The translations under genes and the position numbers were made by a program. A DNA stretch of 64,000 nucleotides, taken from contig OX597819.1 in the NCBI GenBank assembly GCA_951406725.2, positions 134,850,001-134,914,000 on the forward strand, in the 5' to 3' direction. The notes beneath the pieces were generated by a model. That model had not been told where the DNA came from, searched no databases, and saw only the letters and a program-made list of their open reading frames with translations. Positions 23,785 to 37,200 of this stretch are shown one piece after another (positions within the stretch are counted from its first letter, which is position 1; each line of letters starts with the position of its first letter). Source of the stretch: Octopus vulgaris (taxonomy: Eukaryota).

Positions 23785-24522
23785 ATAACTTTGATAGGTT
23801 TTGGCCAGTATAGGCCCAGGCCATGTCTAACTCAGTAGCACCACCTGGTGAAGTTTTTTAGTCATATATGGGGCATCTTGGCCCCCTCTAGCAAAGAGTT
23901 ATTATTGTTGGAGACATATCTGAGTGTAGGAGGTTGGTCCAGGATTTTTTGAAGAAATTCGTCCAGTGTACATTTGAATTTTATGGGATCCATTTCTGTT
24001 TTGATGTATTTTGGTATTAAAGAGAACTAGACTGATTGAGGTAAAGTTATTGTGACGTAATGTTGCTATGTGTACCGAGTTCGATTTTTGTAGTGGGCAG
24101 ATAGCATGGGGGGCCAAGTCTTGGATGGATTTTAGAATTGATGCCAACATCATTTGTGCAATATTGATGGAATATTTTCCACATAACACAAATGATGTAG
24201 CACTCCCGGCGGGGTTGGAGAGATTGAGATTTTTTAGTTGAGCCAAATAATCACTGCTTCTCCTGCAGTCTCTCTTGTCATTGACCTTTGGAGTGCTTCT
24301 ATTGTCATGAGTTACTTTGCATGGGGGCACCACAGTGAGTAACAGTAGTAAAGGGGGGGGTCAGGCAAAAGTAGAGAAGGGAAGGATAATGGTGTAGGCA
24401 TCTCTAGACCGGATAGTTTTCAGAATCCAGGAGCACATCTTGCTGGCCAAATCAACCTTGCTGTTTACGTGAGAACCCCAGCTTAGATTATTATCAACAA
24501 TTACTCCAAGATCTCTGATATT
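23785..24522 (-). mobile_element. CR1-group LINE 3' fragment
   Basis: IRDLGVIVDNNLSWGSHV, ASKMCSWILKT, YCYSLWCP, YLAQLKNLNL, LRHNNFTS, ending in a (TA)n tail. Confidence 0.85.
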
Positions 24523-24618
24523 ATGCATATATATATATATACACGCACACATATATATATTATGGAGATGTACTTGCATAGCAAGTGACCTGATCTGAGA
24601 TTCTGTGCTGAAACAAAA

Positions 24619-24923
24619 ACAATTGTAGCATGGAAGGTGTTTGTAAGCCATTTAAAAACACACAAAACCATTAGATTCACTTCAACATTTAAATTGAATT
24701 TGCCAAAATATTTTTGTTGCTTTGAAAATTGCAACCTGTTCACTGACAAAATTCCGTGCTGCATCTGAGAAAGTAACAGTTCATGAACTAACCGTTACTG
24801 TCAGTGAACAGGTTGCAGTTTCAAAGTGACGAAAATATTTTAACAAATTAAATGTTGAAGTGAATCTAACGGTTTTTGTGTGTTTTTAAATCACTTACAA
24901 ACACCTTCCACACTGCAATTGTC
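24619..24923. repeat. Inverted repeat with ~130-bp arms and ~50-bp spacer (foldback element or inverted Penelope-type terminal repeat)
   Basis: ACAATTGTAGCATGGAAGGTGTTTGTAAG...GTTCACTGACA mirrors TGTCAGTGAAC...CTTACAAACACCTTCCACACTGCAATTGT. Confidence 0.9.
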
Positions 24924-24933
24924 ATACACACAC

Positions 24934-25055
24934 ATAATATAAAGGTTAGAAGAGGGCACCTTATGAGATTACCTTTGGTTTCATGTCCATAAAGCTGAGC
25001 GGACATGAGACCCAAGGTAATCTCATAAACCAGCCTATTCTAACTTTTATATTAT
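24934..25055. repeat. 122-bp imperfect palindrome/hairpin
   Basis: ATAATATAAAGGTTAGAA pairs with TTCTAACTTTTATATTAT, and TTATGAGATTACCTTTGGTTTCATGTCC pairs with GGACATGAGACCCAAGGTAATCTCATAA. Confidence 0.9.
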
Positions 25056-25629
25056 AAACTCCTCTATAACATAGAGTCTGCTTCTTTTTTTTTTTGTTCT
25101 ACCAACAATATAAGAAAGTAAAGGGTAAGAAGTAAATGTGTGTGTGTGTGTGTGTGTTAGGCAGTTAAATGTGATTGCAGGTCATGGAGTGATCATCAGT
25201 TTGCACCAATAAAACGCTTAGCATTACAGCTCTGTTACCAGCCACAACATTTAACTTCCCATAAATTATAATACTACCCTAATACTTTAGAGTGTCCTTC
25301 TTTTTCCGATATATGAATTACTAATATGTGTTTGTGTGTGAGAGGGGGTGTTTGTGTTTAATCAGTATGCATCAGTTTGTGAACAAAAATTCTAAAATGT
25401 ATTTTTTTACCTTATTAAATAATTACTTAACATAATTTGTATAAATATTCATTACTTAATTGATATCAAGGTTAAAAATGACCTTCAGGAAAACTGACTT
25501 TGATATTTCCAGTTTTTGTAAATCCTACGAGAAAATAAAATATGTGTGGTATTTATTCTTGTGATTTTTGTACTTTTGTTTTCTTTCTGAAACTAACGAA
25601 AAATAAGCAATCGATATTTGGTACTGCAT

Positions 25630-25935
25630 ATCATCATCATCATCATGATCAACATTTAACATCCATTGTCCATATGGGTATGGATTGGATAGTTTGACCA
25701 GGGCTGGTAAGCAGAGTGACTGCACCAGACTCCAGTCTGATCTGGTAGGGTTTCTACAGCTGGATGCCCTTCCTTATGCCAACCAATCCAAGAGTGTAAT
25801 GAACACTTTTTGGTGCCTCCAGCATGGGTGCCAGCCGCATCAGACCAGTATCTGCCAATGATTTCACTTGGCTTCATGGATCTTCTTCTCAAGAATGACA
25901 TAATGCCAAACGTCTCGGTCATTGCTTCTGTGTAA
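25630..25935 (-). mobile_element. RTE 3'-tail / SINE fragment
   Basis: (CAT)n followed by the reverse complement of the shared RTE tail (TTTCTACAGCTGGATGCCCTTCCT). Confidence 0.8.
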
Positions 25936-26151
25936 TTTTGAAACAATTAAAGAAGCAAAAAAATGAAAAAAAACTTTTATATATGTATATATATAGACAA
26001 TAAATTTGAAGTATACAAATAAACAAAAACAATAAGGTACACTTTTGTCATAACAGAGCAGAAGATATAGACTTGTACACACGGAACCCCAGTAAAAGAG
26101 AGAGAAAAAAAAGAGTAATTCTACGTAGTAGTGAAACAGGGCCCCTAAATG

Positions 26152-26725
26152 TAGAGACATGCAAAGGCTAGAGAGGAATGAGGTTAGTATGCTCCACGAG
26201 ATGTGTAAGGTAAGTGTTCATGTGCAACAGAGTGCTAGTGTTTTGAGAGAGATGTTGGACAGAAGAGGAATTGGATGCAATGCGCCAGAGAGAAGACTGT
26301 GCTGGTTTGGTCATGTGATGCAGAGGGATGCTGACAGCGCCATAAAGAGTTGTTATTCACTCAAAGTGGATGGAACCTGTGGAAAAGCAAAACCGAGGAA
26401 GACATGGAGCAACGTACTGAATAATGACCCCAGAACGCTGAACCTTTCAGACGAGGTGACAAATGACTGAGATACTTGGGGCCTTGCTGTACTCAAGAAG
26501 ACCCGTCATCCTCCACAGCAGAAGTGCTAACCCCCCCCCCCCATTAAGAGAATTGGCCTGCAAGAGTCCTGTACCGGTGCCATGTAAAAAGCACTGATGC
26601 CACACATTGCAAAGGGATTGACATTAGGAAAAGCATCCAGCCATAAATATCAAGCGAAATCAGACTGGAACCCTTGTTTGCAACCCATGGAGAACAGCCA
26701 TTGCATGATGATGATGATGATGATT
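26152..26725 (+). mobile_element. Older RTE LINE 3' fragment with (GAT)n tail
   Basis: RLERNEVSML..MC.VSV, ERRLCWFGHVMQ, GKAKPRKTW, and ATGATGATGATG near 26706. Confidence 0.85.
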
Positions 26726-27595
26726 ATGTGTGTATACTTAATGCACATGTATCAAGTATACACACATTGTATGTGTATAGTTTTTAGTGTATATATGTGT
26801 GTGTGTGTGTGGCATTCATTTTTTTTTTTAATATATGATACTGTACCAAGGATGTTCTATTTGTAATATTCTCTGGATTTGTACAAGGTAGGATGGCTAA
26901 CACACGATCAAAATCATTTGCTAAATCACTGAGATCTGAAGCATTATTAGAGGACATTTTCAAAAAACTCTCAATCAAGATAAATAAATACAAATCTCTT
27001 ACTAATGTTTTCCATGAAATGAAACAAGAAACACAGATTTATAGAGAAACAGTTAATTCCCTTATTACAGACCATTATCAATTTGCATACCAAAATGTAA
27101 CTCCTGAAATGGCTACCCACAACTGAAATTCAACCATGCTAAACATATTAAAAGAATGGAATGAACTCTACTTCTTGGAAAAGGAAGCATACAATAAGAG
27201 AAGTCGGATGAAAAATATGTAGAGCAGTTTATTAACTAAAGGAAAATAAGCATAAAAAATGAAAACTTAGCCAACACAGAACAGTGGGGGAGTAGAGAAG
27301 AAATAATACTCGCAAGAAAATTTTTTGTATTAAAGAAATAATGTTGGAACCAAAGAATTGAAGACTCATCTCAATCCAGGACTACAGAGATTTGAGGCTG
27401 AAATCACATTGTTTCACTTTAGAGTGAAAAAACTTCCGAAAGAAATTTGGAAAATGTGACATATACATGAAGAAATTAACAAAAGAACCAGTGGGAATAC
27501 ACAGGAATTTTCCTATTCTTCTAAATATAATTCTCATCAAACATTTTCATCAAACATTTATCATCAAACATTTTCATCAAACATTTATCATCAAA

Positions 27596-28289
27596 CATCA
27601 TCCGAACGTGGCCGTAGCCAGTACCGCATAGACTGGCCTCCGTGCTTTGGGGACGTAACAAACACCATCCGATCGTGGCCGTCCGCCAGCCTCATCTGGC
27701 ACCTGTGTCGGTGGCACATAAAAACACCATCCGAGCGTGGCCGTCTGCCAGCCTCGTCTGGCACCTGTGTCGGTGGCACATAAAAACACCATCCGATCAT
27801 GGCCGTCTGCCAGCCTCGTCTGGCACCTGTGTCGGTGGCACATAAAAACACCATCCGAGCGTGGCCGTCAGCCAGCCTCGTCTGGCTTGTCTGGCCTCCG
27901 TGCTTTGGGGACATAACAAACACCATCCGATCGTGGCCGTCCGCCAGCCTCATCTGGCACCTGTGTCGGTGGCACATAAAAACACCATCCGAGCGTGGCC
28001 GTCTGCCAGCCTCGTCTGGCACCTGTGTCGGTGGCACATAAAAACACCATCCGAGCGTGGCCGTTCGCCAGCCTCGTCTGGCACCTGTGTCGTTGGCACA
28101 TAAAATCACCCACTACACTCTCGGAGTGGTTGGCGTTAGGAAGGGCATCCAGCTGTAGAAACACTGCCAGATCTGACTGGCCTGGTGCAGCCTTCGGGCT
28201 CCCCAGACCCCAGTTGAACCGTCCAACCCATGCTAGCATGGAAAACGGACGCTGATGCTAGCATGGAAAACGATGATGATGATGATGAT
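27596..28289 (+). mobile_element. RTE 3'-UTR/SINE insertion with a homogeneous 62-bp tandem module array and (GAT)n tail, inside the satellite
   Basis: Module ACCATCCGAGCGTGGCCGTCTGCCAGCCTCGTCTGGCACCTGTGTCGGTGGCACATAAAAAC starts at 27664, 27726, 27788, 27850, 27922, 27984 and 28046, followed by the shared RTE tail. Confidence 0.9.
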
Positions 28290-31200
28290 GTATCATCAAA
28301 CATTTTCATCAAACATTTTCATCAAACATTTATCATCAAACATTTATCATCAAATATTTTCATAAAACATTCATAAAACATTTTCATCAAACATTTATCA
28401 TCAAACATTTTCATCAAACGTTTATCATCAAACATTTTTATCAAACATTATCATCAAACATTTTCATCAAACATTTTCATCAAACATTATCATCAAACAT
28501 TATCATCAAACATATATCATCAAAGAGTTTCATCAAACATTTATCATCGAACATTTTCATCAAACATTTACCATCAATCATATATAATCAAACATTTTCC
28601 TCAAACATTTATCATCAAAATTTTCCTCAAACATTTATCATCAAACATTTTCGTCAAACATTTATCATCAAACATTTTCATCAAACATTTTCTTCAAACA
28701 CTTTTATCAAACATTTATCATCAAATATTTTCATCAAACATTATCATCAAACATTATCATCAAATATTTTCATCAAACATCTATCATCAAACGTTTATCA
28801 CCAAAATTTTCATCAAACATTTTCATCAAACATTTTCATCAAACTTGTATCATCAAACATTTTCATCAAAACATTTATCAAACATTTTCATCAAACATTA
28901 TCATCAAACATTTTCATTAAACATTTATCATCAAACATTTTTATCAAACATTATCGTCATTATCATCAAACATTATCATCAAACATTTTCATCAAACATT
29001 TATCATCAAATATTATCATCAAACATTTTCATCACACATTTATCATCACACATATATCAGACATTTTCATCAAACATTTATCAAAACATTTTCGTCAAAC
29101 ATTATCATCAAACATTTGCATCAAACATTATCATCAAACATTTGCATCAAACATTATCATCAAACATTTTCGTCAAACCTTTATCATCAAACATATATCA
29201 TCAAACATTTATGTTCAAACATTTCTCATCAAACATATATTAGCAAAATTTTCATCAAAGATTTATCATCAAACATTTTGATCAAACATTTTGATCAGAC
29301 ATTTTCATCAAACGTTTTCATCAAACATTTTCATCAGACATTTTCAAACATTTTCATCAAACATTTTCATAAAACATTTTCATCAAACATGTATCATCAA
29401 ACATTTATCATGAAACATTTATCATCAAAATTTTCCTCAAACATTTTCTTCAAACACTTTCATCAAACATTTTCATCAAACATTTTCATCAAACATTTAT
29501 CATAAAACATTTATCATCAAACATTTATCATCAAACATTTTCATCAAACATTTATCATCAAACATTTTCATCAAACATTTATCAAAAATTTTTATCAAAC
29601 ATCGTCATTATCATCAAACATTATCATCAAACATTTTCATCACACATTTATTATCACACATATATCATCAGACATTTTCATCAAACATTTATCATAAAAC
29701 ATTTATCATCAAACAGGTATCATCAAACATTTTCATCAAACATTGTCATCAAACATTTATCATCAAACATTTATCATCAAAATTTTCCTTAAACATTTTC
29801 TTCAAACCCTTTCATCAAACATTTTCATCAAACATTTATCATCAAACATTTTCATCAAACATTATCGTCAAACATTTTCATCAAACATTATCATTAAACA
29901 TTATCATCAAACATTTTCATCAAACATTATCATTAAACATTATCATAAAACATTTATCATCAAACATCATCAAACATTTTCATCAAACATGTATCATCAA
30001 ACATTTTCATCAAACATTGTCATCAAACATTTATCATCAAACATTTATCATCAAACATTTTCATCAAACATTATCGTCAAACATTTTCATCAAACATTAT
30101 CATCAAACATTTTCATCAAACATTATCATAAAACATTTATCATCAAACATCAAACATTTTCATCAAACATGTATCATCAAACATTTTCAGCAAACATTGT
30201 CATCAAACATTTATCATCAAGCATTTATCATCAAACATTTTCATCAAACATTTTTATCAAACATTTTCATCAAATATTTTCATCAAACATTATCAAACAT
30301 TTTCATTAAATATTTATCATCAAACATTTTTATCAAACATTTTTATCAAACATTTTCATCAAACATTTTTTTCAAACATTTTCATCAAATATTTTCATCA
30401 AACATTTGTCATCAAACATTTTCGTCAAACATTTATCATCAAACATTTTCATCAAACATCATAAAACATCATCAAACATTTATCATCAAAACACTTATCA
30501 AACATTTTCATCAAACATTTTCATCAAACATTATCATCAAACATTTTCATCAAACATTTATCATCAAACATTTTCATCAAACATTTTCATCAAACATTTT
30601 CATCAAACTTGTATCATCAAACATTTTCATCAAAACATTTATCATCAAATATTTTCATCAAACATTTTCATCAAACATGTATCATCAAACATTTTCATCA
30701 AACATTTATCATCAAACATTTTTATCAAACATTGTCATCAAACATTGTCATTAAACATTTATCATCAAAATTTTCCTAAAACATTTTCTTCAAACACTTT
30801 CATCAAACATTTTTATCAAACATTTTCATCAAACATTTTCAGAAAACATTTTCATCAAACATTTTCATCAAACATTTATCATCAAAAATTTTTATCAAAC
30901 ATTTATCATCAAACATTTTCATCAAACATTTATCATCAAACATTTTCATCAAACATTTATCATCAAACATTTTCATCAAACATTTTCATCAAACATTTTC
31001 ATCAAACATTTTCATCAAAACATTTATCATCAAACATTTATCATCAAACATTTTCATCAAACATTTATCATCAAACATTTTTATCAAACATTGTCATCAA
31101 ACGTTTTCATCAAACATTGTCATTAAACATTTATCATCAAAATTTTCCTAAAACATTTTCTTCAAACACTTTCATCAAACATTTTTATCAAACATTTTCA

Positions 31201-34200
31201 TCAAACATTTTCAGAAAACATTTTCATCAAACATTTTCATCAAACATTTATCATCAAAAATTTTTATCAAACATTTATCATCAAACATTTATCATCAAAC
31301 ATTTATCATCAAAATTTTCATCAAACATTTATCATCAGACATTTTCATCAAACATTTATCATCAAACATTTTCATCAAACATTTTCATCAAACATTTTCA
31401 TCAGACTTGTATCATCAAACATTTTCATCAAAACATTTATCATCAAACATTTTCATCAAACATTTATCATCAAACATTATCGTCAAACATCATCAAAATA
31501 TTCATCAAACATTTTCATCAAACATTTTCATCAAACATTGTCATCAAATATTTATCATCAAAATTTTCCTGAAACATTTTCTTCAAACACGTTCATCAAA
31601 CATTTTCATCAAACATTTTTATCAAACATTTTCATCAAACATTTTCAGAAAACATTTTCATCAAACATGTATCATCAAAATTTTCCTCAAACATTTGTCA
31701 TCAAACATTTTCATCAAACATTATCATCAAACATTTTCATCAAGCATTTATCATAAAACATTTATCATCAAACATTTTCATCAAACATTTATCATCAAAC
31801 ATTATTATCAAACATTTTCATCAGACATTTTTATCAAACATTTTCATCAAACATTATCATCAAACATTTTCAAAAGACATTTTTATCAAACATTTTCATC
31901 AAACATTTTCATCAAAAATTTGTCATGAAACATTTTCATCAAACATTTATCATAAAACATTTATCATCAAACATTTATCAAACATTTATCATCAAACATT
32001 TTCATAAAACATTTATCATCAAACATTTATCATCAAACATTTTCATCAAACATTTATCATCAAACATTTATCATCAAACATTTTTATCAAACATTGTCAT
32101 CAAACGTTTTCATCAAACATTATCATCAGACATTATCATCAAACATTATCATCAAACATTTTCATCAGACATTTTTATCAGACATTTTTATCAAACATTT
32201 TCATCAAACATTATCATCAAACATTATCATCAAACATTTTCATCAGACATTTTTATCAAACATTTTCATCAAACATTTTCATCAAACATTTTCATCAAAC
32301 ATTATCATCAAACATTTTCATTAAACATTTATCATCAAACATATCAAATATTTTCATCAAAAATTTGTCATGAAACATTTTCATCAAACATTTATTATAA
32401 AACATTTATCATCAAACATTTATCAAACATTTATCATCAAACATTTTCATAAAACATTTATCATCAAACATTTATCATCAAACATTTTCATCAAACATTT
32501 ATCATCAAACATTTATCATCAAACATTTTTATCAAACATTGTCATCAAACGTTTTCATCAAACATTATCATCAAACATTATCATCAAACATTTTCATCAG
32601 ACATTTTTATCAGACATCTTTATCAAACATTTTCATCAAACATTTTCATCAAACATTATCATCAAACATTTTCATCAAACATTTATCATCAAACATTTTC
32701 ATCAAACATTATCGTCATTATCATCAAACATTATCATCAAACATTTTCATCACACATTTATTATCACACATATATCATCAGACATTTTCATGAAACATTT
32801 ATCATAAAACATTTATCATCAAACATGTATCATCAAACATTTTCATCAAACATTGTCATCAAACATTTATCATTCAACAATTATCATCATAATTTTCCTT
32901 AAACATTTTCTTCAAACCCTTTCATCAAACATTTATCATCAAACATTTTCATCAAACATTATCGTCAAACATTTTCATCAAACATTATCATTAAACATTA
33001 TCATCAAACATTTTCATCAAACATTATCATTAAACATTATCATAAAACATTTATCATCAAACATCATCAAACATTTTCATCAAACATGTATCATCAAACA
33101 TTTTCATCAAACATTGTCATCAAACATTTATCATCAAACATTTATCATCAAACATTTTCATCAAACATTATCGTCAAACATTTTCATCAAACATTTTCAT
33201 CAAACATTATCATAAAACATTTATCATCAAACATCATCAAACATTTTCATCAAACATGTATCATCAAACATTTTCAGCAAACATTGACATCAAACATTTA
33301 TCATCAAGCATTTATCATCAAACATTTTCATCAAACATTTTTATCAAACATTTTCATCAAATATTTTTTCAAACATTTTCATCAAATATTTTCATCAAAC
33401 ATTTGTCATCAAACATTTTCGTCAAACATTTATCAAACATTTTCATCAAACATCATAAAACATCATCAAACATTTATCATCAAAACACTTATCAAACATT
33501 TTCATCAAACATTTTCATCAAACATTAAACATTTATCATCATAATTTTCCTAAAACATTTTCTTCAAACACTTTCATCAAACATTTTTATCAAACATTTT
33601 CATCAAACATTTTCAGAAAACATTTTCATCAAACATTTTCATCAAACATTTATCATCAAAAATTTTTATCAAACATTTATCATCAAACATTTATCATCAA
33701 AATTTTCATCAAACACTTTCATCAAACATTTTCATCAAACATTTTCATCAAGCATTTATCATCAAATATTTTCATCAAATATTTTCCTCAAACACTTTTA
33801 TCAAACATTTATCATCAAATATTTTCATCAAACATCATGAAACATTATCATCAAGTATTTTCTTCAAACATTTATCAGCAAAATTTTCATCAAACATTTA
33901 TCATCAGACATTTTCATCAAACATTTATCATCAAACATTTATCATCAAATATTTTCATAAAACATTCATAAAACATTTTCATCAAACATTTATCATCAAA
34001 CATTTTCATCAAACGTTTATCATCAAACATTTTTATCAAACATTATCATCAAACATTTTCATCAAACATTTTCATCAAACATTATCATCAAACATTATCA
34101 TCAAACATATATCATCAAAGAGTTTCATCAAACATTTATCATCGAACATTTTCATCAAACATTTACCATCAATCATATATAATCAAACATTTTCCTCAAA

Positions 34201-37200
34201 CATTTATCATCAAAATTTTCCTCAAACATTTATCATCAAACATTTTCGTCAAACATTTATCATCAAACATTTTCATCAAACATTTTCTTCAAACACTTTT
34301 ATCAAACATTTATCATCAAATATTTTCATCAAACATTATCATCAAACATTATCATCAAATATTTTCATCAAACATCTATCATCAAACGTTTATCACCAAA
34401 ATTTTCATCAAACATTTTCATCAAACATTTTCATCAAACTTGTATCATCAAACATTTTCATCAAAACATTTATCAAACATTTTCATCAAACATTATCATC
34501 AAACATTTTCATTAAACATTTATCATCAAACATTTTTATCAAACATTATCGTCATTATCATCAAACATTATCATCAAACATTTTCATCAAACATTTATCA
34601 TCAAATATTATCATCAAACATTTTCATCACACATTTATCATCACACATATATCAGACATTTTCATCAAACATTTATCATCAAATATTATCATCAAACATT
34701 TTCATCACACATTTATCATCACACATATATCAGACATTTTCATCAAACATTTATCAAAACATTTTCGTCAAACATTATCATCAAACATTTGCATCAAACA
34801 TTATCATCAAACATTTGCATCAAACATTATCATCAAACATTTTCGTCAAACCTTTATCATCAAACATATATCATCAAACATTTATGTTCAAACATTTCTC
34901 ATCAAACATATATTAGCAAAATTTTCATCAAAGATTTATCATCAAACATTTTGATCAAACATTTTGATCAGACATTTTCATCAAACGTTTTCATCAAACA
35001 TTTTCATCAGACATTTTCAAACATTTTCATCAAACATTTTCATAAAACATTTTCATCAAACATGTATCATCAAACATTTATCATGAAACATTTATCATCA
35101 AAATTTTCCTCAAACATTTTCTTCAAACATTTTAATGAAACATTTTCATTAAATATTTTAATCAAACATTTATCAAGAAACATTAATCATCGAACATTTA
35201 TCATCAAACATTTTCATCAAACATTTATCATCAAACATTTTCATCAAACATTTATCAAAAATTTTTATCAAACATCGTCATTATCATCAAACATTATCAT
35301 CAAACATTTTCATCACACATTTATTATCACACATATATCATCAGACATTTTCATCAAACATTTATCATAAAACATTTATCATCAAACAGGTATCATCAAA
35401 CATTTTCATCAAACATTGTCATCAAACATTTATCATCAAACATTTATCATCAAAATTTTCCTTAAACATTTTCTTCAAACCCTTTCATCAAACATTTTCA
35501 TCAAACATTTATCATCAAACATTTTCATCAAACATTATCGTCAAACATTTTCATCAAACATTATCATTAAACATTATCATCAAACATTTTCATCAAACAT
35601 TATCATTAAACATTATCATAAAACATTTATCATCAAACATCATCAAACATTTTCATCAAACATGTATCATCAAACATTTTCATCAAACATTGTCATCAAA
35701 CATTTATCATCAAACATTTATCATCAAACATTTTCATCAAACATTATCGTCAAACATTTTCATCAAACATTATCATCAAACATTTTCATCAAACATTATC
35801 ATAAAACATTTATCATCAAACATCAAACATTTTCATCAAACATGTATCATCAAACATTTTCAGCAAACATTGTCATCAAACATTTATCATCAAGCATTTA
35901 TCATCAAACATTTTCATCAAACATTTTTATCAAACATTTTCATCAAATATTTTCATCAAACATTATCAAACATTTTCATTAAATATTTATCATCAAACAT
36001 TTTTATCAAACATTTTTATCAAACATTTTCATCAAACATTTTTTTCAAACATTTTCATCAAATATTTTCATCAAACATTTGTCATCAAACATTTTCGTCA
36101 AACATTTATCATCAAACATTTTCATCAAACATCATAAAACATCATCAAACATTTATCATCAAAACACTTATCAAACATTTTCATCAAACATTTTCATCAA
36201 ACATTATCATCAAACATTTTCATCAAACATTTATCATCAAACATTTTCATCAAACATTTTCATCAAACATTTTCATCAAACTTGTATCATCAAACATTTT
36301 CATCAAAACATTTATCATCAAATATTTTCATCAAACATTTTCATCAAACATGTATCATCAAACATTTTCATCAAACATTTATCATCAAACATTTTTATCA
36401 AACATTGTCATCAAACATTGTCATTAAACATTTATCATCAAAATTTTCCTAAAACATTTTCTTCAAACACTTTCATCAAACATTTTTATCAAACATTTTC
36501 ATCAAACATTTTCAGAAAACATTTTCATCAAACATTTTCATCAAACATTTATCATCAAAAATTTTTATCAAACATTTATCATCAAACATTTTCATCAAAC
36601 ATTTATCATCAAACATTTTCATCAAACATTTATCATCAAACATTTTCATCAAACATTTTCATCAAACATTTTCATCAAACATTTTCATCAAAACATTTAT
36701 CATCAAACATTTATCATCAAACATTTTCATCAAACATTTATCATCAAACATTTTTATCAAACATTGTCATCAAACGTTTTCATCAAACATTGTCATTAAA
36801 CATTTATCATCAAAATTTTCCTAAAACATTTTCTTCAAACACTTTCATCAAACATTTTTATCAAACATTTTCATCAAACATTTTCAGAAAACATTTTCAT
36901 CAAACATTTTCATCAAACATTTATCATCAAAAATTTTTATCAAACATTTATCATCAAACATTTATCATCAAACATTTATCATCAAAATTTTCATCAAACA
37001 TTTATCATCAGACATTTTCATCAAACATTTATCATCAAACATTTTCATCAAACATTTTCATCAAACATTTTCATCAGACTTGTATCATCAAACATTTTCA
37101 TCAAAACATTTATCATCAAACATTTTCATCAAACATTTATCATCAAACATTATCGTCAAACATCATCAAAATATTCATCAAACATTTTCATCAAACATTT

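Noticed and set aside
27596-28110. 62-bp hairpin repeats as a CRISPR array
   Set aside because: No variable spacers, and the repeats are continuous with the RTE 3' tail found elsewhere in the window.
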